From Candidatus Woesearchaeota archaeon (GTDB taxonomy: Archaea; Nanobdellota; Nanobdellia; Woesearchaeales; UBA525): DNA of 23,772 nucleotides. Every line of letters starts with the position of its first letter. Position 1 is the first letter of the stretch. Location of the stretch: assembly GCA_018221165.1 (NCBI GenBank), contig JAAOYD010000107.1, positions 1 through 23,772 of the forward strand, given 5' to 3'. The notes under the pieces are model-generated. The model ran no database searches, was not told the DNA's origin, and saw nothing but the letters and a program-made list of their open reading frames with translations. Below, one piece after another: positions 1-7,581 of the stretch. A program made the translations under genes and the position numbers.

Positions 1-635
1 ATCTCGTTCCACAACCTACTCTGGAATGCGTGCAAATACATCTTCAACAACGGAACATGCAATATGCGGATTGCGCCGACATAATCATTCGGGCTTCTCG
101 CAAGATGTTCCTCGATGCGCTTCTGATAGCGACGTTCCTTCGAGACAAGTTCGCATGCAGTCTTGAATTCCTTTCTGACAAGCGCCTCACCAACGCGCGC
201 GTTCTGTTCCTGAAAGCGTTGCTCGTCGTAATAGTTCGGGACGCAAGAAGGCATTGAGAACTCCTCATCCCCCTTGAGGTTTCTGACGGTGATAGTGAAT
301 TTATTTCCTATGAGCATACCTAAGGCAAGTGACTCAGAAACATAACCAAGGAATTCAATCTCCACATTCCCCAGTCGTATTTTTTCTATTTGTTCTTTCT
401 TTGCACCCTTGACGCTAAAGTGTTGCGTCGTGATTGCGTGCTTATCCTTCGTGCCGGCGTAGCCCACAGATTTCCGCGATATCTTCAGCTTCTCGGCCAA
501 CACTCGAGCAACATCTTCAGTATTCAACCCTTTCTTCGTTATCTTCAACAAAAGATAGTTCCCTGCTTCCTTGACAGCATAGCTTGAGAGCTCCTCAACG
601 ATGAAATCCTCGGGAACCTGCTTCAGGACGTACAT
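1..635 (-). CDS. truD: tRNA pseudouridine synthase TruD/Pus7 family, N-terminal ~211 aa; the rest of the gene lies beyond the window start
   Basis: Not in the ORF track because there is no stop in the window. Hand translation of the minus strand from ATG at 635-633 gives MYVLKQVPEDFIVEELSSYAVKEAGNYLLLKITKKGLNTEDVARVLAEKLKISRKSVGYAGTKDKHAITTQHFSVKG... The VPEDFxVxE N-terminus and the GYAGxKDKHAxTxQ motif (catalytic Asp) are TruD hallmarks. The frame stays open to position 1. Listed ORFs 30..257(+) and 44..268(-) are out-of-frame shadows. Confidence 0.8.
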   Translation of the reverse strand, partial: MYVLKQVPEDFIVEELSSYAVKEAGNYLLLKITKKGLNTEDVARVLAEKLKISRKSVGYAGTKDKHAITTQHFSVKGAKKEQIEKIRLGNVEIEFLGYVSESLALGMLIGNKFTITVRNLKGDEEFSMPSCVPNYYDEQRFQEQNARVGEALVRKEFKTACELVSKERRYQKRIEEHLARSPNDYVGAIRILHVPLLKMYLHAFQSRLWNE

Positions 636-657
636 GCTGAGAGGGAACACGGCAACC

Positions 658-666
658 TTAATAAAT
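658..666. promoter_or_regulatory. AT-rich TATA-like box (TTAATAAAT), possibly shared by divergent truD and tRNA-Arg
   Basis: This is the only AT-rich element in the 60-nt spacer. Its centre (~662) is 27 nt from the truD ATG (635) and 34 nt from the mature tRNA 5' end (696). Confidence 0.4.
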
Positions 667-695
667 GAACTGGCCGTCCTGCAGGGTAGAATCAA

Positions 696-770
696 GGGCC
701 TGTAGCTCAGCTTGGATAGAGCACTTCCCTCCTAAGGAAGGGGTCGGGGGTTCAAATCCTCCCAGGTCCG
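696..770 (+). tRNA. tRNA-Arg (anticodon CCU), 75 nt, no encoded CCA, no intron
   Basis: Hand-folded cloverleaf. Acceptor GGGCCTG/CAGGTCC. D arm GCTC-AGCTTGGATA-GAGC. Anticodon arm CTTCC-CTCCTAA-GGAAG, with U33 and anticodon CCT at 731-733. Variable loop GGGTC. T arm GGGGG-TTCAAAT-CCTCC. Discriminator G770. Pair 3:70 is G698:T767. Confidence 0.9.
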
Positions 771-771
771 T

Positions 772-840
772 CGCCTTCACCGATGACGAACATTTCGCTA
801 GAAGCTTCGGCTTTGAAGAGAGTTAGCAGAGGTGAAGGCG
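772..840 (+). ncRNA. Candidate structured RNA element directly 3' of the tRNA (long terminal stem, GA/GA motif, cUUCGg hairpin)
   Basis: Perfect 10-bp inverted repeat CGCCTTCACC (772-781) / GGTGAAGGCG (831-840). GAUGA follows the 5' arm and AGA immediately precedes the 3' arm. An inner hairpin at 801-814 has a C(UUCG)G tetraloop at 805-810. The element sits upstream of the TATA of the next gene, so it is not that gene's 5' UTR. Confidence 0.3.
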
Positions 841-852
841 TCTTCTAATAAC

Positions 853-861
853 ATTAATAAA
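853..861 (+). promoter_or_regulatory. TATA-like box (ATTAATAAA) for the 885 gene; leaderless geometry
   Basis: Lies 24-32 nt upstream of ATG 885, with no SD in between. Confidence 0.4.
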
Positions 862-884
862 CGCTCCCTGTTCAGACCATAACG

Positions 885-1979
885 ATGGACACGAAGAAAC
901 TCCTCACACAAGCCATCATCACGAAAGCCATAGTGGGCAGCGTGCTTGGCGGACTCGCCTTGAGCATCATCCTCGTCTGGGGAGTCGGCGCAGAAGAAAT
1001 CCTCGCCACCTTTCTCCATGCAAAATGGTATCTCATCCTCGCCTACCTCACGACGAGCATCGCCATCGCCATTGCAGTCACGAAGAAATGGGCGGTAGCG
1101 CTCGACGCTTACGGCGTCAGGCTCCCCTTTGGCACATTGTTCATCTACCGGCTTATCGGCTTTGCCGTGGGCTACGTCACACCGACGGCCCACGTCGGCG
1201 GAGAACCAGTGCGTGCTATGCTCGTTGGCCAGGACGGCATCCCCTACAAGATTAGCTTCAGCGCTGTCATCGTGGACAAGCTCATCGAGCTCATGTTCAA
1301 CCTCAGCGTGTTCTTCCTCGGCGCCCTCATCATCGCGAACAGTAGCAGCTTCCCCATAGTCGCGCGGGTGAGCATCTTCATCATCAGTCTCATCCTCATC
1401 ATAGCTGCCACACTCTTCACCTATCAAGTGTTCAAGAAGAAGAAAATCTTCGTGCCACTCCTCAAGTTCCTCCGGTTCAATAAACGCAAGAACTGGGCGA
1501 AGATCAAGAAGACTGCGAACGATATGGAGCTCCTCATCGAGTTCTTCTATGCAAAGCGTAAGAAGCACTTCCACAAGAGCATCCTTCTGAACGCTATCCT
1601 CTGGTGCCTCATGTTCGCCGAGTACAAAGTAGCGTTGCTCATCCTTGGCTACGACGCTTCGTTATTTGGCATCTTCCTTTTCCTCACCGGCGTCGGAATT
1701 GCCTATAGCATCCCTATCCCTGCGGCATTAGGTGTCCTCGAACTGGGTCAGATATCAGCGGGCGCGCTCCTTGGTCTGAACGCCGCTATCGGTGTCGCAC
1801 TTGCATTCCTCATTCGCATCAGGGATCTTGCTTGGACCATCATCGGCCTTGTCATGCTCGGCTTCTATCACCTCAACATCTTCAACCTCTATGATAAGAG
1901 CCGCGCCGCCGCGAAGAAGTACAACTTCGACAAGCTTCATCCTGAGATGCGGAGCGTCATGGAAGGCATGCGGAAATGA
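885..1979 (+). CDS. Polytopic membrane protein, UPF0104 / lysylphosphatidylglycerol-synthase-TM-region (flippase-like) family
   Basis: 364-aa ORF with multiple hydrophobic helices. The N-terminal pattern ...KKWAVALDAYGVRLPFGTLFIYRLIGFAVGYVTPTAHVGGEPVRAMLV matches the R/KW..L...G......F....G.F.N...P...GGE..R signature of this family as I remember it. The antisense ORF 798..1574 is an acidic shadow. Confidence 0.6.
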   Translation: MDTKKLLTQAIITKAIVGSVLGGLALSIILVWGVGAEEILATFLHAKWYLILAYLTTSIAIAIAVTKKWAVALDAYGVRLPFGTLFIYRLIGFAVGYVTPTAHVGGEPVRAMLVGQDGIPYKISFSAVIVDKLIELMFNLSVFFLGALIIANSSSFPIVARVSIFIISLILIIAATLFTYQVFKKKKIFVPLLKFLRFNKRKNWAKIKKTANDMELLIEFFYAKRKKHFHKSILLNAILWCLMFAEYKVALLILGYDASLFGIFLFLTGVGIAYSIPIPAALGVLELGQISAGALLGLNAAIGVALAFLIRIRDLAWTIIGLVMLGFYHLNIFNLYDKSRAAAKKYNFDKLHPEMRSVMEGMRK

Positions 1980-3094
1980 ACCATCATGCTATCATCGAAG
2001 CGATGCGTATTGGGTTGCACGGCTTCAAATGTCATTTTACAGGTCCGAAGCGTTACGCAGGCACTGCAGAATCTATCTGTTCACAAATTATCGAAGGTTG
2101 CTGGGATCCAGCCTTAGGAATCTTCATGACTGGACAGCATAATTATCCACTTTTCTACGCGCGAGATTTTGGTATGTGTATAGATAGCTTACTCACGCTT
2201 GGTTATCGTGAACGAGTACGAGAAACGCTTACGTGGGCGATGAAATACTACAAAGAAGAAGGACGCGTGACACAGATTATCAGGCGGAATGGGAAGGCGT
2301 ATAATTTCCCAGATACCGAAAGTCCTGACGCGCTCGCCTTCGTTCTTCACAGCATCGTCGCACTTAACGATAAAGAACTCATCAAGAAATACAAACCCTT
2401 CCTAGAAAAAGAACTCGCACGATTCACAAAAGCGGTCGTCGACAAGAACGGTTTGTGCAAGCGCGGCATGCATCTCGGTGGCATGCGCGACTACGCTATC
2501 AGGGACAGCAGCTGCTACGACAATACCATGCTCGCGGCCATACAGAAGTACGCCACAAAACTAAAACTCAAAAACCCCTTAGTAAAATACAATTATGAAA
2601 AACTCCTCATCGATAACTTCTGGACTGGCTCCTACTTCAAGGACGATATGGTGAACGACGAGCTTACTGGCGACGCGAACGTCGTCCCGTTCTGGTTCCA
2701 GGTGCTGTCGAAAACAAAAGAGAAAACACTTTTCAAAAAATCATTGAAATCCATTCAGAAGCTCAAGCTCGACAAGCCGTTCACGTTGCGTTATGAACCG
2801 CACAAGAACACAAGTGTGAAAATGCATTGGATGGATCCACTCACCGGCAGCTGGGAAACAGATACTGTCTGGATTCACCTCGGTAATCTGTTCCTACAAG
2901 CAACAGCGAGACTCGACCCGAAAACAGCGAAGCGTTATCTCGCTGTCCACAAACAACTCATCGAACGTGAGCATCACTATCCTGAACTTCTGGACAAGCA
3001 CGGTAAGCCATACGCGGCGCTATTCCTCCATGCCGACGACAGCATGCTCTGGGCGTGTAACTATCTTGTTCTTGCAAAAGAATTCAAACTCTAA
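1976..3094 (+). CDS. Putative (alpha/alpha)6-barrel glycosidase-like protein (family not resolved)
   Basis: 372-aa ORF whose start overlaps the upstream stop (ATGA at 1976-1979). It has helix-rich repeats with aromatic/acidic motifs (FYARDFG, WFQVL, WIHLGNLF, DDSMLWACNY) reminiscent of debranching-enzyme/GH63/GH15-type six-hairpin hydrolases. This is a weak by-eye call. Confidence 0.35.
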   Translation: MNHHAIIEAMRIGLHGFKCHFTGPKRYAGTAESICSQIIEGCWDPALGIFMTGQHNYPLFYARDFGMCIDSLLTLGYRERVRETLTWAMKYYKEEGRVTQIIRRNGKAYNFPDTESPDALAFVLHSIVALNDKELIKKYKPFLEKELARFTKAVVDKNGLCKRGMHLGGMRDYAIRDSSCYDNTMLAAIQKYATKLKLKNPLVKYNYEKLLIDNFWTGSYFKDDMVNDELTGDANVVPFWFQVLSKTKEKTLFKKSLKSIQKLKLDKPFTLRYEPHKNTSVKMHWMDPLTGSWETDTVWIHLGNLFLQATARLDPKTAKRYLAVHKQLIEREHHYPELLDKHGKPYAALFLHADDSMLWACNYLVLAKEFKL

Positions 3095-3927
3095 AGACGC
3101 AATGCCTTCTTCGGCAACCGTACAGCTTTCTTGAGGCCGCCGGTGACGCCTTTCTGGATTTTCACTTTCACAGAACCAGTGGCGTAGCTTAGAGCGCGCT
3201 CGTGCTGCTTCTGTTCTGTCCCCACTACATGAACATGACCGCGTCGAATATTGTCGAGATGTCCTTTCATGGAGGAAGCCTTGCTTGCGGTCACACCGTT
3301 TCCTAAAGATTTCAGGATGTGACCGTCGCTCCCCCCAGCCATGCCTTTCCCTAATTGCACTGCCCAACCTAGCGCTGACAAATTCGCTCTCCTCGTGACT
3401 TGACCATTGAAGACCTCGACGCTGTCAAAACCTTCCATAAGTGGTCGGTACTTCTTCCGACGAAAGAAGAGATATGCACGTCGCGGCTGCGCAGCGAACG
3501 GGTGTGGCATGTGCACGATGCATCGCTCTTCATCCAACCACAGCATGAGGTCACGCATCTTGTAAGGTGTGCGAGACGAACGAAGGGCGTTCTTATCCTT
3601 CAAACCAGGAGCAATACGCTTGTTGAAAAACCGTTCGAGTTCTGCATCCTTATAGAAGTAAGCGATGACTTCCTTGCCTTCCTTACTGCAGAGCTCAACG
3701 CCGGGAATCACAGGAGCGTCTTTGTACTTCCGGGCTTCTATCACACCACCAATCTTGTTGTGATCGGTAAAAGCCACCCAGATACCGAGCTTGCGTGCCT
3801 TTGTGATGATATCCTTCACTTTTGTTTTGCAGTCATGGCTGTAGCTCGTGTGGAAATGCATATCCGCGACGAAACCCTCCTTGCGCAATGCTGCCAGATC
3901 AGGGGCTTCGTGATCAACCCGAAGCAT
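3091..3927 (-). CDS. PHP-domain metal-dependent phosphoesterase
   Basis: 278 aa. N-terminal ADMHFHTSYSHDC (HxH), then AFTDHN, MPHPF, and GGSDGH near the C-terminus. This is the typical PHP metal-ligand series. Confidence 0.75.
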   Translation of the reverse strand: MLRVDHEAPDLAALRKEGFVADMHFHTSYSHDCKTKVKDIITKARKLGIWVAFTDHNKIGGVIEARKYKDAPVIPGVELCSKEGKEVIAYFYKDAELERFFNKRIAPGLKDKNALRSSRTPYKMRDLMLWLDEERCIVHMPHPFAAQPRRAYLFFRRKKYRPLMEGFDSVEVFNGQVTRRANLSALGWAVQLGKGMAGGSDGHILKSLGNGVTASKASSMKGHLDNIRRGHVHVVGTEQKQHERALSYATGSVKVKIQKGVTGGLKKAVRLPKKALRL

Positions 3928-3949
3928 AGAGAAACAGGCGAAAACCGCG

Positions 3950-3958
3950 TTTATATGG
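3950..3958 (-). promoter_or_regulatory. TATA-like box (minus strand CCATATAAA) for the PHP gene; leaderless geometry
   Basis: Centre is ~27 nt upstream of ATG at 3927. It lies in the 39-nt gap after the carS stop. Confidence 0.4.
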
Positions 3959-3966
3959 TTTTGGTT

Positions 3967-4509
3967 TCAGAACTTCTCTCTCATGAGGCCGAGCTTCCAG
4001 CCGAACCAGTGAGAGCCGGCTGCGAGGAGGGCGTTGATCACAAGGAGGAACGCAATTGCGGTCCAGCCAGGCCAGAATACCCAGAACGATATGAGCAAGG
4101 CACCGACGGTGTAGTCGATCTGATCGAATGGTACCCAAGGCTTTCCAGGTTTGATGCCGAACCGGCGCTTGAACAATGATTTACCTACATCACCGATGAA
4201 AATCGCGCCGAACGCGAGGAGGAAGCCGTACCACCATGGCAGCGTTGTGTAGGGGATGAGTGGTGTGGTGACCATGTCGGTAAGGATGTACTTCTGGAGT
4301 AGGAAGACGAATCCGCCGAGTACCGTGCCGCCGATGACGCCACGCCAGGTCTTGTTCAAACCAAGCAAGCGCTTACCTTTCCATTTCGCGCCCAGGTCGA
4401 CCGCCACATCCCATCCAGGGAAAAGCTTCTTCAGTAGTGGCGGCGACGCGTTCGCGATGTATGCAGGCAGGAACCAGTACAGTAGTTGCAGGAACACCAT
4501 AATCACCAT
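3967..4509 (-). CDS. carS: CDP-archaeol synthase (CDP-2,3-bis-O-geranylgeranyl-sn-glycerol synthase)
   Basis: Membrane protein with LLYWFLPAYIANASPPLL...NKTWRGVIGG, typical of the CarS/DUF46 family. I prefer the internal start MVIMVFLQ at 4509, where ATGgTGA overlaps the pssA stop. The track start at 4575 adds a Cys-rich 22-aa extension overlapping pssA. Confidence 0.8.
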   Translation of the reverse strand: MVIMVFLQLLYWFLPAYIANASPPLLKKLFPGWDVAVDLGAKWKGKRLLGLNKTWRGVIGGTVLGGFVFLLQKYILTDMVTTPLIPYTTLPWWYGFLLAFGAIFIGDVGKSLFKRRFGIKPGKPWVPFDQIDYTVGALLISFWVFWPGWTAIAFLLVINALLAAGSHWFGWKLGLMREKF

Positions 4510-5057
4510 TTCGGCACTTTGATTGTGCTTACCATAAGAGCGGCCATGAGGAGTGCAACAAGAGCAAACACCCATTGTTGCAGCGGGATGAAGGTGACTG
4601 CGAGCAACACGAATGCTGCTACGGGAACTGGAATGCCTGCGTAGCTCTTGCCGACAGTTTCGCCAGTCTTGAGCAGGTTGAAGCGCGCCAATCGAAATGC
4701 AGCCGCGACCGCATAGATGGCTGCTGCTGCGAGGACGAGGTCATCGCCAGGATACAAAGTAAGGAGGATGACTCCTGGCGCGACGCCAAATGTGACGACA
4801 TCAGCTAAGGAGTCGAGTTCGCGGCCGAAGTCGTGCGCAAGATTGTATGCTCGAGCAATCTTGCCGTCGAAATAGTCGAAGAGCATGCCTGCCGCGACGA
4901 GAACTATCGCGACGGTTATCTCACCTTTGATTGCGCTGAAGATCGCAGCGATGCCTGCGCAGAGATTGAGTGCGGTAATCAAATCAGGGAAGGTAATTTC
5001 GAAGCCTGCTTTCGTAATAACGGGGAATGATTCATTCTTCTTTAGTTTCTTCACCAT
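4503..5057 (-). CDS. pssA: CDP-alcohol phosphatidyltransferase, archaetidylserine synthase-like
   Basis: 184 aa and membrane-bound. It has the complete motif DG-KI-AR-x8-G-REL-D-SLA-D (DYFDGKIARAYNLAHDFGRELDSLADV). It lies next to psd and carS. Confidence 0.75.
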   Translation of the reverse strand: MVKKLKKNESFPVITKAGFEITFPDLITALNLCAGIAAIFSAIKGEITVAIVLVAAGMLFDYFDGKIARAYNLAHDFGRELDSLADVVTFGVAPGVILLTLYPGDDLVLAAAAIYAVAAAFRLARFNLLKTGETVGKSYAGIPVPVAAFVLLAVTFIPLQQWVFALVALLMAALMVSTIKVPKW

Positions 5058-5677
5058 TTCGCAATCACCGTCTCGCCATCGACAACTACATCTCCTGGTT
5101 TCGCCAGCACTTTCGCTTTGCTTGAAAGCAGCAACGCAACTTGGCTACCAAGATTAATGAACCCAATCACTGAGCCCTTTTCAACTTTTTCATTCTTGTG
5201 AACATGGCAGATGATGCGACGTGCAAGCACTCCTGCGATTTGGACAATCTTAATTTTTCCATGTTTGGTCTTCATGAGTATTTCGTTACGTTCGTTCTGT
5301 AAGGTCAAAAGTTTCTCTGCGTCCTTCACTGCATTGAAGAACTTTCCGTGTTCGTGATGGGTCTTCATAACTTCTCCTTTCATCGGTGCGCGCTGGAAGT
5401 GGACGTGCATTGGCGTCATGACGATGAGGACGAACCAGCCTTTCTTCGCCACGTCCCGCGCGAGGAACTCAACCGAACCTTTATTCCATTTCTTCACCTT
5501 TACCGTCGAGGTGTCGAACTTCTGAACCACCGCGACCGTGCCGTTGGCTGGACTAACCACAACATCACCTTTTGGCGTTTTCCGTTTTGGTCGTCGGCAG
5601 AACCAGTAGCGCCAGAATAGTAAGGAGAGGATGATAAGAGAGACGATGATGAGGACGAACCATGCGAGTAATGTCAT
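5051..5677 (-). CDS. psd: Phosphatidylserine (archaetidylserine) decarboxylase proenzyme, short archaeal type
   Basis: 208 aa with an N-terminal TM helix. There is a C-terminal INLGSQV self-cleavage-type G-S site (Ser codon at 5144-5146), and the beta-rich body is typical of PSD-related proteins. The start overlaps the gatE stop (ATGA at 5674-5677). Confidence 0.75.
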   Translation of the reverse strand: MTLLAWFVLIIVSLIILSLLFWRYWFCRRPKRKTPKGDVVVSPANGTVAVVQKFDTSTVKVKKWNKGSVEFLARDVAKKGWFVLIVMTPMHVHFQRAPMKGEVMKTHHEHGKFFNAVKDAEKLLTLQNERNEILMKTKHGKIKIVQIAGVLARRIICHVHKNEKVEKGSVIGFINLGSQVALLLSSKAKVLAKPGDVVVDGETVIAKW

Positions 5678-7512
5678 TTTTTCTTCGTATGCTTCTTGAG
5701 GAGTGCCATGACTGTCTTACCTGAGGCTTTGCCGCGCAGCTTCGCCATCGCCTGGCCCATGAGAGCGTTGACTGGCGCCTTCGGATCTGCCTTGATGACG
5801 GCCTTAACAACCTTCTCAACTTCCTTGTCATCAACAGCTGCATATTTTGAGAAGTTGGGCTCGTGGCCGTCTGCCACCTGAACCATGAGTTCCATGACTG
5901 CTTCGGCAGGTATAGCTTTCTCGTTCACTTTTGTCAAAATAGCTTTGAGTTCAGCGTCGTGGAGTTCTAGGTTGAACTCTTTCTTGTATCGTTTCTTAAT
6001 CTCTTTCGGTGTGACGAGCATTGATGAGGCGATGAATGCAGGGTTAAGTTTCGGGAACTGTTTCACATACGTATCGAACGCAATGCCTTCTCTCAGAATT
6101 TCTTTTGCGTGCTCTTGCTGTATCTTGTATTTTTTCACCAGATTCTGTTCTTGTTCCTTGAGCGGTTTCGGGACGACAACTGAAGCTGCATCGGTTTGCA
6201 CCCTCGGAATGTCGGTTTCTGGATACATGCGCGCTGCGCCAGGCATCGGACGCAAGAATGTGGACGTGCCATCAGCGTTCGCCTTGCGCACTTCGCCAGG
6301 GACGCCGTGGAGCAATTTCTCAAGGCGAGGGATGATGAGGAAAGCGAAGCATTCCTCAATGCGCGTCTTCTCGCCAAGCAGCAAGATGAACGCGTCGTCC
6401 TTCTGCACTTTGAGCTTGCGCTTAATCGCAGTAATCATGCCTTTCGTGAGCTTGTACTTATCGAGTTTCTCGTCGCTGTGAATCAACCCACCGAAACCCA
6501 TAACTTTAGCGTACCCCGCAATCTCGGTGCCGAGTCTGTAGCCAGGAAACAGCTCCGTACCAAACAAACCACCGAAGCGTGGAATAACGATACCAATCAA
6601 TGCTTGTCCTTTACTAATACCCGAACCAACAAATCCTTTCACACCCTTAACGAGCATAGTCATATCATGCGGTGGCGGCAAGAATATCTCAGTCAGGCCT
6701 CGTTGCTGCAGTTCTTTCTTCATCTTCAACAGCCCTTCTTGGCGTCGCGCCTCGTTCTCAGTGAGCGTCGGGAGCATCTTCAGGTCTTGCGCACCCTTAA
6801 TCTCGACACGAGTCCCGCCTTTGATAGAAACATTGAGGTCCTGCCTAATAGTGCCGAGACCACGCTTGCACGCGCCAGTACTCCGTAACAACATGCCAAT
6901 CTCCGCCGCCACGTCTTTCGCCATGTCTGGCGTTGTGATATCAGGATCAGTCGCCAACTCAACGAGTGGAATACCCAAGCGAGAAAGATTATAGACGTCC
7001 TCATCGGCCTTGCGCTCGACAATTTTACACGCGTCTTCTTCAAGACAGAGCGTTTGGACGCCCACTTTGCTCTCTGGCAACACACCACCAATTGCGACGA
7101 GCGCGGTTCGTTGGAAACCTGAGGTATTAGAGCCATCGACAACCGTCTTGCGCATCACGTGCACAGTGTCGAGAATAGTGGCGTCGACGAGCTTGGCAAG
7201 CTGCAAAGCAGCAACAACAGCCTTGTCGTTCATCGGATGCGGTGGCTCTTCATCAAGTTCGACAAGACAGGTCGTGTCTTTATAGCCATAATAGCGGAAG
7301 CGCTTCGCCTTTACTTGCTCATGAGCGGCGGCTCGATCGACCTCACCAGTCTCTCCAGCGCTTGCTCTGAGATAGCGAACCACCTCAAAATCAGGCGCGT
7401 CCTCCTCGATGACGCTAGGACAACGACAGAAGAGCTTACCAGTAGCTAATTGCTGATGTATCTCGAGTCCGCACTTGAGACCGAGCTTGTCGATACCTTC
7501 CTCCTTCACCAT
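5674..7512 (-). CDS. gatE: Glutamyl-tRNA(Gln) amidotransferase subunit E
   Basis: 612 aa. N-terminus GLKCGLEIHQQLATGKLFCRCPS, GatB/E-type catalytic body, C-terminal YqeY-like tail. Archaea-specific. Confidence 0.95.
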   Translation of the reverse strand: MVKEEGIDKLGLKCGLEIHQQLATGKLFCRCPSVIEEDAPDFEVVRYLRASAGETGEVDRAAAHEQVKAKRFRYYGYKDTTCLVELDEEPPHPMNDKAVVAALQLAKLVDATILDTVHVMRKTVVDGSNTSGFQRTALVAIGGVLPESKVGVQTLCLEEDACKIVERKADEDVYNLSRLGIPLVELATDPDITTPDMAKDVAAEIGMLLRSTGACKRGLGTIRQDLNVSIKGGTRVEIKGAQDLKMLPTLTENEARRQEGLLKMKKELQQRGLTEIFLPPPHDMTMLVKGVKGFVGSGISKGQALIGIVIPRFGGLFGTELFPGYRLGTEIAGYAKVMGFGGLIHSDEKLDKYKLTKGMITAIKRKLKVQKDDAFILLLGEKTRIEECFAFLIIPRLEKLLHGVPGEVRKANADGTSTFLRPMPGAARMYPETDIPRVQTDAASVVVPKPLKEQEQNLVKKYKIQQEHAKEILREGIAFDTYVKQFPKLNPAFIASSMLVTPKEIKKRYKKEFNLELHDAELKAILTKVNEKAIPAEAVMELMVQVADGHEPNFSKYAAVDDKEVEKVVKAVIKADPKAPVNALMGQAMAKLRGKASGKTVMALLKKHTKKK

Positions 7513-7534
7513 GCTTTACCACAATCTGGGAACG

Positions 7535-7540
7535 TTTAAA
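7535..7540 (-). promoter_or_regulatory. TATA-like box (TTTAAA) for the gatE operon; leaderless geometry
   Basis: 23-28 nt upstream of ATG at 7512. Confidence 0.4.
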
Positions 7541-7574
7541 TGTTTTTCTTCGTCGACAAAACCCAGCACAAACC

Positions 7575-7581
7575 TTTTAAA
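7575..7581 (+). promoter_or_regulatory. TATA-like box (cCTTTTAAAc) for cdc48
   Basis: ~50 nt upstream of ATG 7629. GGTGGGTGG SD-like purine run at 7614-7622. The same CTTTTAAAC core recurs at 12450-12458. Confidence 0.4.

Noticed and set aside
772-840. Calling the element a canonical box C/D sRNA.
   Set aside because: The C box is cGAUGA, the D box is cAGA, D' and C' are degenerate, and the guide spacers would be ~11 and ~7 nt instead of ~12. It is kept only as an unspecified structured-RNA candidate.
798-1574. 258-aa acidic minus-strand ORF.
   Set aside because: It is antisense to the UPF0104 membrane protein gene, whose frame has a family-typical motif and TM periodicity. The Asp/Glu-rich composition mirrors the Leu/Ile/Phe codons of the real gene.
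3400-4179. 259-aa plus-strand ORF.
   Set aside because: It spans the junction of two minus-strand genes with clear PHP and CarS motifs, and it has no recognisable motif or start signals.
4510-4575. Upstream start for carS (MGVCSCCTPHGRSYGKHNQSAE...).
   Set aside because: It would overlap pssA by 73 nt and add a non-conserved-looking Cys-rich peptide. The ATG at 4509 gives the typical ~180-aa CarS and an ATGgTGA junction.
5885-7449. Plus-strand ORFs inside gatE (5885..6481, 6196..6888, 7010..7285, 7159..7449).
   Set aside because: They are antisense shadows of gatE.
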